64,000 bases of DNA from Rhynchopus sp. YZ270_cl-10 (Eukaryota), in the NCBI GenBank assembly GCA_964035575.1, contig OZ037837.1:1984001-2048000 (forward strand), written 5' to 3'. Below the pieces are notes generated by a model. The model had not been told where the DNA came from, did not search any database, and was given only the letters and a program-made list of their open reading frames with translations. The position numbers and the translations under genes are program-made. Below are positions 45,801 to 57,500 of this stretch, piece after piece (positions within the stretch are counted from its first letter, which is position 1; every line of letters starts with the position of its first letter).

Positions 45801-48800
45801 ACGAGCTGTCGATGGAGAAGATCCGCATCCGCTGCTCCCTGGCAAGCGCACAGACGAAGGAGATCGCGCGTGTGGTCTTCTCAGCAGTGTCTGCACTGGA
45901 CTCTGGGAACGGTGTTCTCGACCTTTCCCTGAAGAGCGCAAGCGAAGGCTGTGTGGATGCGAAGTGGGTGTACACAGTTGTGGTGAACTTTGACGCACTC
46001 CAGCTGTCGCCCGTGATGACGAACAACAGTACGAAGCTTTGCACGGGCAACGTGGCCGACAGCTGGAACAGTTTCGTGTCCCAGGCTCACAAGCGGAATC
46101 GCTTCACCCACGACTGCCCCTGTGTGATCTTTGACCAGTCCTCGGAGGAGGGGCGGCAGGTGCTCAACGCAGTGTCTTTGGTTCTCGGCCTGCGCCACTC
46201 GAAAGCGCTCACGTTTGTTGAGGTGACGTGCCACCTGAAGCCCTCGAAGGCGAAGGACGCTCGCAGCCTGCAGGAAGAGAACGCATGCTCGGGCTACTAC
46301 CAGCTGAAGGCGATGAACCCGACGGAGCAGTGGGAGGTGAGCATCGAGATGCGGCGTGAGGATGGTCAGGAGGGGTATGCTTTTGGCCCTTCGGGTGCTG
46401 TGCTGCTGCACCAGATCATCGCGAAGCAGGTGCACCTGGTGAGGATTGACATCCGCAACAACGGTGTCGGTGTCAAGGGTGCGGAGCTCCTTCTGCAGGC
46501 GCTGCGTGTCAACAGGCATGTTGTGCAGCTCAGCATCTGCGAGCAAAAGCAAAAGCCTCTGCAGGCGCGTGACACACACACATGCGACGCAGAGGACGGG
46601 GACGAGCTCCACCTGGGAGAGCTTGCGGCACAGCGCATGATGCACATCCAGCAGGTCATCAACATCAGGTGTGCGCACAACAGAGGCACCATTGTGTCAA
46701 GCACGTTCTCCGACCTGGGTGACACCTGGCCGCAGTGCGCCACGGAAGCGCTGTACGACGTGGACGTGGTGGACATGGCCTTCTCGGACCTGTTCGACAC
46801 CCGCCAGCGTGAGGCTGTTCTCTTCATCCGCCTTCTTCAGGAGGAGGTTGACGCACAGCAGCACGCAGCACAGCAACAAGACAGTGCTTCGAACAGGACG
46901 TACCCAAAGCTCCCAGGCGCACTTGTTGCTGCTGCACGCTTCTGCGACCCGTGCGACATTGAGTTGCTTCTGGACATGCACTGCGACCCCTTCGAGACGG
47001 ACGCGTTTGGCGAAACACCACAACTGAAGATGTGGCGCCGTCTCAACAGAGGCACAGACACTCATGTGATACACAGCCCTCTCTTGGACGGCCTGGTGCA
47101 ACGCCTTCACGTGTGTCTGGACAGGCTCCAGCCCGCAGTGTTCCGGTACGACGAACCACTGTGGAAAGCGAAGAATTTTGCGCTGGAAGTGATGCGGATG
47201 GCAGACGACCGTGATCACATCTCTCTCGCAAATGAGTTGATCCACAATGTGCGCATCAGCTATGAAGCCGTCGTCGGGCACGAGGCTGCCACGTTGTGCG
47301 CATCTTCCTACTCCACGAACGTGTGGTGCATAATGCAGGACACCCTGGACGCGTGCAAGAAGTGCCCCGTTCTGAATGTGCTGCAGTGCCCTCTCGGCCG
47401 TCAGGACGCAAGCCTCTTCTGTCTGAAGGTGTTTTGCTCGCGTGGGAACGAGCTCTTTCCCATTGTGCAGGCAACGGACGAGATGTATGCAATGATTGGA
47501 ACGCTCTGCGTGCGCAGCACGGGGCGCAAGAAGCAGCAAGCAGATGATCCTTACCAGAGTTTTGCAGAATTTTGCAGCAACGCTCGTTGGAATAAGCACA
47601 TAAATGAGAATTGGTCTAGTCTTGCTGAGGAGGCGAAGCTTCCACGCAGAATGGACAAGAACGGAATATACTACTTCGAGCACGAAGTTGCTTTGCAGGA
47701 CACGGAACCATGGTCAGACATGCGAGAGGTAGATGTGTTCAGCACGCATCGTAGACTGTACGAAGGCAGCTACGTTACAAAGCAGCAGTATCTGGACAAG
47801 CTGTGGAGCACAGCCGAGCTGGAGCCGAAGCAGATACGCAGGCAGAACCGTGGCGGCTACTTTGTCTTCAAACACGACTGGGATGCAGACATGGAGGGTG
47901 GTGCCTGGGAGGACGGCAAGAAGGAGGAGACAATGCCGATGCTTCCGACGCTTGTGGAGCAGCTGCGGCAGCCCTCCCTCAACCTGTACGACCCAACGGT
48001 GTTTGGGAGCCGCATTGAAATGGAGAAGAGCAGGGCCCAGCTGCGCACGTGGTCGAGGCTGTGGGGTGCTGTGAACGCTGTGCTGGTGACAAGCATGGAG
48101 AAGGAGCGGGTGCTCTTCCGCAAGGTTGAGAATGTGACGGACACTGTGCTGCTCCACCACCTCCACCTGAAGCGTGGTGAGCTGTACTGCCAGCCAGACA
48201 TCACTCTCTGGGATGTGGAGCGCCGCTACAGAAACCGTGCTTTGGGCGACCACAACGACAGCGGGGACAATACAGCAAGGACGAAGGTGGAGTTCAACGA
48301 CAACTCAGGAAGACTGTGGGAGGCGTCAGAGCGCAGATGGACAGGGAGGGGTGGCGAGGAGGCTGCGTATGAAGGCGAGCTTTGCTACGAACATGAGTTC
48401 AAAGACAAATGCATGCAGGCACACAAGCAGGCACGCAAGGAAAGAGGGGAAGTTGTGGATTTTGATCTGAACATGATACTCAGATGGGAGGATGCGAAGC
48501 CTGAGGACCCTTTCCTGACACACGCCCCTGGCGAGCAAGTTGAGGTGGAGACCTCCGGGTGCAGCAGCATGACAACGATTCTCTTCAGCGCGCGTGGGAA
48601 GATGCACGGTGAGTGTGTGGGGCTGCTGAGTGACGCACACGACTTCCTCCTCCCTGCACTTGAGATGTTTGTTGTGGAGGATGTTCAGGCACGTGGCGCA
48701 TGCCTCCATGTCAGCCTCGTCTCACGTGGATCGTTACTGCGCACGGACAGAGAGCTCCGTGCCTGGTGCTCCAGCATGCAGAACACTGGCCTGGATTCTG

Positions 48801-50948
48801 TTTGGAGCAAGAACGGTGATGATACGGATGAGTGTTTGCGTCCTGAGAGCAAGACGGCAGATGACGATACATTGGACAAGCAGAGCTTCTTGAGCACAGA
48901 CGAGTGTGACGTGTTCTTCAGCCGCAAGTCTCAGATGCTCCACGTGACAGAACGGCAGGCGATATTAGGTGATCTGGTGAAGGTTATCAGACCTGTGAAC
49001 GCTTTTGCATTCCATAGAATACAGGGTGCAAACGGACAAATGACGAACCATTTGGGGTGCACCCTGCCAGAGGCTCTGCCCACTACGTACCGCCCAGGGA
49101 AGACGTTTTTGAGTGGGTTGAACCGCAAGAAGCGTCCTGAAGGGGATCACACTGCAGAAGGCATGCGAAGAACAGACGACGACCAACTCGCACACATCCC
49201 TGACGTTGAACTCGCGAAGGATTGGGAGAAGGACATGGATGTGAACGATGTGGTCACTGTTTCGGGAGCATCCATCCAGGCCTACCACGACGAGCACACA
49301 GACGAAGACGCGTTCTTCAAGACGATAGTCAAGGGCAGTGACACACCTGGGCAGTGCCCCCCGCCTGTGAGCGATGTGTACGGAGGGAAGGAGTTCCGCA
49401 TCACTGTCGGGGAGGTGCAGCAGCTGCTGAAGACAACCACGATAGTCACATCGCCGTCCCTCCCACTGCGTTTTGTGCAGTGTCTGATCGGGTCGTTCAC
49501 GTCCGCAAAACGGCGTGTGCTGTTCTTCAATGTTTTCCGTGCAACGTCGCTGCTTAGCATCGACGAACATTGGGAACATGCGATAATAGTTGTCAGAAGA
49601 GCTGCGATGGATGCGCTTAAATTTAGCGAAATTCGGCAGCGCCAAGCTCGGGAGCTGGGCACACGCGATAACACGGACGTGAACAGCGGCAAGTTGTACC
49701 GCAATCTGGTGATCAGCGAGATCAACAAACAAATACTTGCGTATCTGGACGGCGAACTTGACGACGACGGTGCAGAGCCTATTGAAGTCACCCGTGCCAA
49801 CTTCACATCGTGGATGGACACGGTACAGGCGGAACCTGCACAGTACGGATTCACCTCAAAGGCACATGCGAGACTGACGTTGGCGAAGTCGATGGTCGAA
49901 CTGGGCACAGAAATGTGTGTCTCGCAGCAAGGCTTCTCCTTCACCTCTGGCATGGACGGTGAGCACAACCAGCTCTGTGAGAAGACGCACCACAGCATCG
50001 CCATCCTTGCAGCCCCTGTTATGGACTTCTGTTACGAGCGGCCCACTCTGTGTGAGGCACCAAAGTACTTCGTGAGAGTACCACGTAAAGGACAACAGGC
50101 ACAGCAGGGCTGGGCCTTCTTCCAAGAAGGCAAGCAGCGTGAATTTGTGGACCGTCTGAAGGTGCTGTACACATGCATCTTCGAATCTGCAAGGAAACAG
50201 TGTGTGCGGAATATGTGCATGCTCCCGATGGGACTCGGTGTTTACACAGCGAACCTTGGGCCGGATCTAAGATTTCAAGTTGCAGAAATGTACTTCCGTG
50301 CGCAGTTCGAACTCCTTGCAGAACAGGATTGGGGTTTTGAAAACGTATGCATGCTCTTTTGTCTCGCGTCTCACAGCGGGTTTGCTCATGTCTTGCTCAT
50401 TCGTGTACGCGATACTGTCCTACCTGGCACACCAAATGTGGTGGACAGACAACTCAATTTTCTTGCAAAGGCTTTATCTCAATCATCTTTCGCGTTACCT
50501 TCAAACACTTTCAAAACAGTACTGGCTGACCTCAAGTGTCTTTACCGACATGGTACTCCGCATCTTGAAGAAAGGACTGTGCGAGTGTGGCGACTACAAC
50601 AACGAAGCACGGGGGTTGTATTTGAAGTGCAACATCGTTGTCCACAACAAAGATGCTAAGTTTCTTGCAGTGCGCCTCGCCCAGCTGGAGAAATCGCCTT
50701 CGATATTGTTCCCATCTGACTCGCAGGCACTGCTGCAGGGACAGTACGGCATGTACTGGGAGGAAGGCAGGTCTTTCCACTATGCTGGCCAGGAAGACTG
50801 GGTGGCGACATCGACAGGTGTTCTGATGAACTACATCATTTCGAATAACGCACTTAACCTCGACTTTTCTGCATTGAACGGCAACGAAGACACCAGCTCC
50901 ATTGACGATGCAGATGAGGAAGACACTGCACTGACGTGGGGTATATAA
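42869..50948 (+). CDS. ~2634-aa multidomain ADP-ribosyltransferase-domain protein; exons 42869-50344 and 50520-50948
   Basis: RIIa/Dpy-30-like N-terminus and WWE-like motif. ART motifs YRG, FSSTS, REEEWLF. RI-type LRR, ankyrin-like repeat and macro/PARG-like C-terminus. Confidence 0.8.
50345..50519 (+). other. Spliceosomal intron, 175 nt
   Basis: GTATGC...AAAACAG, phase 0; gives DWGFEN|YWLTSS and joins the 50280-frame ORF. Confidence 0.75.
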
Positions 50949-51518
50949 TAATATCGTCAAAAAACGTGCATTCAGTCCGTTTTGTTTTTGTTTGTTTTCT
51001 TTTCCTGTATCATTGATTTCTGTTTTACAACAATAAAAGTCTTCGTGTACAAAGACCATTTTCGCATACCTGCAGAAGAGCAGAGTGCTGGGCGTGTTGT
51101 TGATTATTTCAACAGGGCGGAGTTACAGGAGCGTGGGTCCCCCGTATCCATAGCCCGTTTTTTCACATACCAATTACTTGTTTCTTTTTTGGTGTAACCG
51201 AACAACTGTCGGGGACATGTCAAGGACCTGTCAATATGGGCCCTCTCCGGAACACCAATTTTTTCTTTTTTGATTACATGCAATGCTAAAAGGAAATTGA
51301 ACACCGTACCCTACTCCCATACTTTTTTCCATTTTTCTAATCCGGGGCAGGGAGTCCCTGAACATCCCTGATGCGCCTCCCTGTCCGCCGCTCTTTTGCA
51401 CATAGATACCCACACCACCACCACCATCACTACACTATGCAGAGTATTAAACCAAGTCACAAAAGACATACAACAAACCAAAAAGCAAGGCAAGCCAAGG
51501 AAGGCCTTGCAAGACACA

Positions 51519-54500
51519 ATGGTAGGCCATCTAGGGCTTCTGCCGCTGCCGCTGCTGCTGTTCGCAGTAGGGGCGAGCGCACAGACGGAGACGACAGGTG
51601 AGCCGCTGACGCTGGATGTTCTCGGGGCGAACCTGGAGGAGCACCTGGACGAGTTCCGTGGTACTGTGATGAACTCTGTGATGAGCCTGGGTGAGGAACA
51701 TTTGGGCAAGCTGGGTGTGATCGACGCGTTTGAGGAGGCCTTCCGTGATGACTCTGTGCTGGGAAGCCTGAAGACGAAGATGGAGACCGGGCTCGAGGAA
51801 ATGATTTCGTTCTTTGAAGGGGGCACTGCGTTTGATGGGATTGAGATGCTGACTGACCAGTTTGAGCCTGCGTTGGACATGATGACGGGTGTGTGCGACC
51901 AGACAACGGGGACAGCGAGGCGCGAGGCTGAGTACCTTCAGGCACGCGAGACCTACCTGGAGAAGAAGAAGCAGGGCGGAGGCAACAACAGAACGGCAGG
52001 GGCGCTGAACTCGGCACCGCTGATCGTGGGGTCGCTGAACATGGCGCTGCCCTCGTGGGATCTGCAGATGACAACGAACTGGACGGCTGGGCTGCAGTTC
52101 GGGGGTGGAGTCTCGATAGGGGTTGACTTCGGAAACCTGAACCTGGCCAGCGACTTGCCGTTTAACTTTGTTGGGTTTGGAGTGGGCCTCGGGTTTTCGA
52201 TCTCGAAGGGGCAGAAGTCGTGCACGGTCGACGACGACTGCAAGTCGAAGGTACGTGCGTCGACGATCTGCGAGAAAAGCAAGTGCACGCGTGTGTGCTC
52301 AAGCACGGCAGACTGCGGGCCGAGCGAGGCGTGCGACAGCCTGCGCTGTGTGGTGGTGTGCGATGCGCACACAGACTGCACAGGGCTGCAGAAGTGTGAC
52401 ATTGCCGGGACCAAGCGCTGCCTTGCTACAACAGCGTGTGCGTTAGACAACCAGTGCAACACTGCATCCGAGATCTGCCTGAACAACGCGCGTTGTGTGC
52501 CGCGTGAGTGTACAAGCGACGCGCAGTGCGTGGCGGGGACGGAGTTCTGCCGTACCACCGTTGCCAAGAAGCCGAGTGCACGGTCGCGCAGCAGGCGACA
52601 GACTGCAAGGCGGGAGAGATCTGTGTCACGCGGCAGTGTGTGCCTGCAGCGGGGCAGCCCTGTGCTGACAACGGGGACTGCGGGCTGGATGCGTGGTGCA
52701 ACAGTGGGCTCTGTGAAGACAACACACCTGCGCCAACGGCCGCCGGGTGTATGGCGGACGAAGACTGCCCGGCCACAGAGAGGTGTCTGGAAGGTGTGTG
52801 CGGGAAAGTGTGTGCAGAAGACAATGACTGCGGCGTCGGGGACGTGTGCGAGCTGATATCGGGTGTTCTGCGCTGTGTGTTAGACACGAACGGACGCCGG
52901 GCACGCGTGCTGAACACCCCGACGGAGGCGAAGAAAGGGTACTGGTCGAAGGTGGCAAGGAGACGGACGTCTCTCTGGACTGGTTCAAGGACGCAGGGAA
53001 GTTCAGCGGGTTTGCGTTTGTGACCTCGATATCGAACAAGTACCTGCTGGACAACCTGCACATCAAAGACCTGCACGTGACGTGGGCGCACCCACACTGG
53101 GGGTGCTTGGCGGAGCCCGGGATCCACTTGGAGCAGTGGTGGGGAGGGGTTGAGTATGGCGGGTTCGGTATCACGTTTGGCTCGAGTGAAGATGCTGCGA
53201 CGGGTGATAAGAAGGCTGCGTCGGCTTCTATGCTCTCGAACCTGAAGGATGCGCTGACAAACAAGGATAAGTTTGGGGAGATGATGCGGAGCGTGCGGTC
53301 GGAGCTTGTGAAGGCCGTGTTGTCGACAGACGGGTTTGGGTTTGCAGAGGGGATCACCCTTGAGGACACGAACAGCGGCGACAGTCTTGCGTACGCACGC
53401 AGCGGGTGTCCGGACCCGATCCCGACAGACGCACCGCCCACACCGGCACCTCCAACACCTTCGCCACCCACACCCGCCCCACCGACACCAGCACCACCAA
53501 CACCAGCCCCGCCAACACCGTCGCCGCCCACACCATCACCACCAACGCCCGCACCTGTGACCGGTAGGGGGGCGGAGGTGCTGGCGGAAGCGGATGCAAG
53601 GGACGCTGCCGCGCAGAGTGTGACAACAGACCTGATTGCATTCATGACGCAGGCGACAAACATTGTGACGAAGGGTGAGATCATCATGCCTTTCTGCGCA
53701 GGCAACTGCGGACCCACGAGCACATCGATCGACTCGATCATCGGTGTGGGGCGTGTGGGTCCTCCGGCGACGTGCAACGGTGTGGAGGCGAGCGTGTCGG
53801 TGGACACGCTGACAATTGGGAGCATTGCGTACCTGGCGACGTCGGGGGAGATTGCAGGCGTGAGCGGAGCCTTGAAGGACATCATGACGCCTGTTCTGGA
53901 GATGGGGATCCAGAACACGGAGCTGAGCTTCAGTGTGACGACGACGGGGATCAAGCTGTCTGCGATTGGGTCGGTGCTGCTGCCGAACACGGACAGCGGG
54001 TTTGTGACTGTGCTGAAGGACATGGCAGAGGACATCCGTCTTGGGGCATCTGCGGGGCTGACGTGGGAGGGGGAGCTGCAGCTGGAGCTGCGTGTGGGGA
54101 CGGATGCAGACACGGACGAGACGAAGAATTTCCGTGTGTCGAACGCGCTCGGTACGTTCGGTGCTTCGACGTACCTGCGGTTCGTGTACCTGATCAACGG
54201 GCCGACCGGGCCGCGGCAGGAGCTTGGGACGACGCTGCCGCTGATCATCTGTGTCGACGACTGCGGGACTGCGACACGCAAGGACCTGTACTTCGATGGG
54301 GACCTGTCGATGATTGTGACGCCTGCGGCGCAGACGGTGCGTGGGAAGCTGACGGCGGCAGGGTGGTACTACGAGGCCTTCAAGATACCGTTTGTGCACA
54401 TTGGGGACATGTTCCTGGGGATGGAGTGGGACATCAAGTCGCCGCTGCCGACGGGGTTCATGCTGGGTGGTGCGGTGTGCCTCGGGTCGTCGGACAATTG

Positions 54501-57500
54501 CCAGAACAAGGTGCAGCCGTACATTGAGGGGCGTGCGTACGTCGGGGTGAGTGCGTCGCTGCCTGAGGACAACTTCTTTGTGGTGATGGTGACGAACCTG
54601 ACGATTGGCGGAATTGCAGAGCTTGTGGCGCAGGAGGTGCCGTGGCTCGTGCTGCTTGTTGGGGAAGGGTCTGCCGCGGCGTTGAGTGTGGCCGAGGCGG
54701 CGTTCGAGGCGATTGGGGTGGACTTGTTGGAGGTGTCGTCGACAATTCAGGGGATCCAGAACGCGCTGCCGCCAGCCTTCAAGGAGTCTGGGCTGTACCC
54801 GTACGACAAGGACTTTGCAACAAACTGCGTTGCGCCTGCTGCAGATGCCGAACAGACGGAGATCAACATGGACTGCTTTGCGTACCTGTCGTTCAGTCCG
54901 CTGAAGACGCAGGAGATTGTGCTCGGGACATCGACGTTGAGTGTGCCAAAGGGGATTGCGTTCGCAGGCCGCCTGAACTTCATCGGGTGGGAGATGGCGG
55001 CAGAGGTGGCGATCAGTACGTCACAGTTCTACATCAGCGCAACGATGGACCCTGTGTTCATCCGGTTTGGGAGTGTCGACTTCCTGCGCATCGGGTCGCA
55101 CCTGGACGGGAACAAACAGGCGGCGGGCGGAGCACGGTTCCTGGTGGACCTAAACATCCTCCCGCCACGTGCGGAGATCAACATCCAGGGTGCCTTTGAC
55201 ATCCCGCTGCTGAAGTCGTACGGGGAGATTTCACTGGTGCTTGACTCGCAGAAGCTGGCGTTCCACGCGCAGATCAACCTCTTCGACGGTGCGCTTGCGT
55301 CGACTGCAGACGTGTACTTCCCGTGGGACTTCACGGCGTTCCACATGAGCCTGTCGGACATGAGCTTCCTGCACGGAATTGTGAAGGTGAAGCGCGTGCT
55401 GTTTGAGTACGACACGGCAGCGCCGCACCCGTACGCGATATTCGACGCGCACATTGACGTCCTCTTTGCCGTAAGCATTGCGGCTCAGCTGAAGGTGCAG
55501 GGCGACACGCTCTCCTTCTCCCTGGGGATCACTGTGCTCGGTGTAGGTAACACAATCTCGGGGACAGCAACGTTGGACACGTCGAACTTCCTGAACTCAG
55601 AGTTCTCGATCAGTGTGTCGTCGGACCTGAACCCGGCGGCAATTGCAGAAGCGGTTGTCGGTGCGGCGAAGGAGGTCGGAAAGGCTGCCGTGGCCGTGTG
55701 GGACACCGTGAGGGGTGGGGTGACAGACGCATGGAACTTTGTGAAGGGTGCGTTCGACCGCGCGCCGTTGAGCAACATTGCAGGCGCGATTGGGAACTTG
55801 ACCACCCGCTTGCTCCCGAGCTGGGCGTGGGTGTGCCTGTGGTGCACTCGTTCTGTGGGACGCCGTACACAATGCGCCACGACGACGAGGCGCCTGTGGC
55901 GCAAGGCTGCGGGAAGTGGACGATCCAGCGTACGTGGAAGATCCAGCCGCACTACCTCGACTGTGGAGGCGACGCTGCTGCGTACGAGGAGCATCTGGTG
56001 ACTCGTAGGGTTCAGGTCATCACGATTGAAGACGTGCGTGCGCCAGAGTGGACGTACACTCCGGAAGCGGACGTGGAAGTGCCATTCTTCGGAAACTACC
56101 GGGCCGTGAACTCTGTGCCGCTGACGGAGGAGCGTGCCCACGCTGACATGATGGCGCTCGGGATGGGGCTCGCTCACCCTACAACGTTGACGTCTGCTGA
56201 TGGTGCGCTTGTGTTTTCGAGCACAGACGCAGCAAGAGAGGCGACGTGCCGTGCGGACGGTATTGCGCACTTCACACGCACTTGGACTGCAAAGGATGCG
56301 TGCGGGAACGCACGGAACTTTGAGCAGAAAGTGACTATTCAGCACCCACCTGCAGAGCTGAGCAGTGTGCAGCCGTGGGTTGCTGGGAACCGCCTGTTCT
56401 CCTTTGCGCCGGGTGTGACACAGGAAGCGGACGTGTGTCACCCGGGGAAGACTGTGACTGGAGGTGTGAAGAACTACGAGGTGCTCTCGCTCTTCGGGGC
56501 TGCAGGCCAGCTGGGTCACGCATGCGGGGACGGGTCGGACTGGGATGCGGTCGGGTGCCGCCGCCTTGAGGACCTTGCTGTTGACTATGTGACACACGTC
56601 CCCTCCGTCCCACCGACGTTTGCGACCTTCCCTGCCGACATCACGATTGACACAGACCACTCACTCAACCCTGAGGACGAGTTGGGTGTTCCCGTCGGAC
56701 ACGCCTTCTGTGGGACACCGTTCACTATCCGCTTTGACGACGCCGCGCCTGTGATGGGTGAGTGTGGTGTGTGGACGATTGAGCGCACGTGGAAGATCCA
56801 GCCGCACTACCTCAACTGTGGAGGCGACCTTGCTGTGTACCATGCGTCATTGACAACACGTCAGGTGCAGGTGATTACTGTGCATGACGTGCGCGCGCCG
56901 GACTACACCAGCACCCCTGACGCATCTGTCGAGATCCCATTCTTTGGAAGCTGGCGTGCCGCAAACTCGATGCCACTCACGGATGAGGTTGCTCACGATG
57001 ACATGTTGGCACGTGGTCTTGTGTCTTACCCAACAACAACGGTGTCTGTGGACGGACCGCTGGTGGCAGCCCCAACTGGTGCGGGAGACGAGGCGACGTG
57101 CCGCACACGTGGACTTGCATCGTTCACACGTACGTGGACGGCAACTGACAGATGTGGGAACAGCAGGGTGTTTGTGCAGGACATCATGGTGCAGCACCCA
57201 CCGACAGTACTGACAGCCACGCAGCACTGGACGGCGGCACTTGGTGAGTTTTCGTATGCTCCGGGTGTGGAGCAACTTGCAGATGACTGCCACGCAGGGA
57301 AGTCCATTGTTGGGGACACACAGCACTTCAACCCGATCGATACATCACCAGCTAACCCGAGCGCCTGTGTGGCACCCGAGTGGGACGAGAACGCATGCAG
57401 GCGTGCGCCGGTGATGCATACGCTGTTGCTGCACTCCGTGGCACCAACGTTTGCGACCTTCCCTGCCGACATCACGATTGACACAGACCACTCACTCAAC

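Noticed and set aside
50345..50659. Listed C-terminus of the 2596-aa ORF, or a programmed frameshift
   Set aside because: A canonical phase-0 intron at 50345-50519 explains the frame change more simply.
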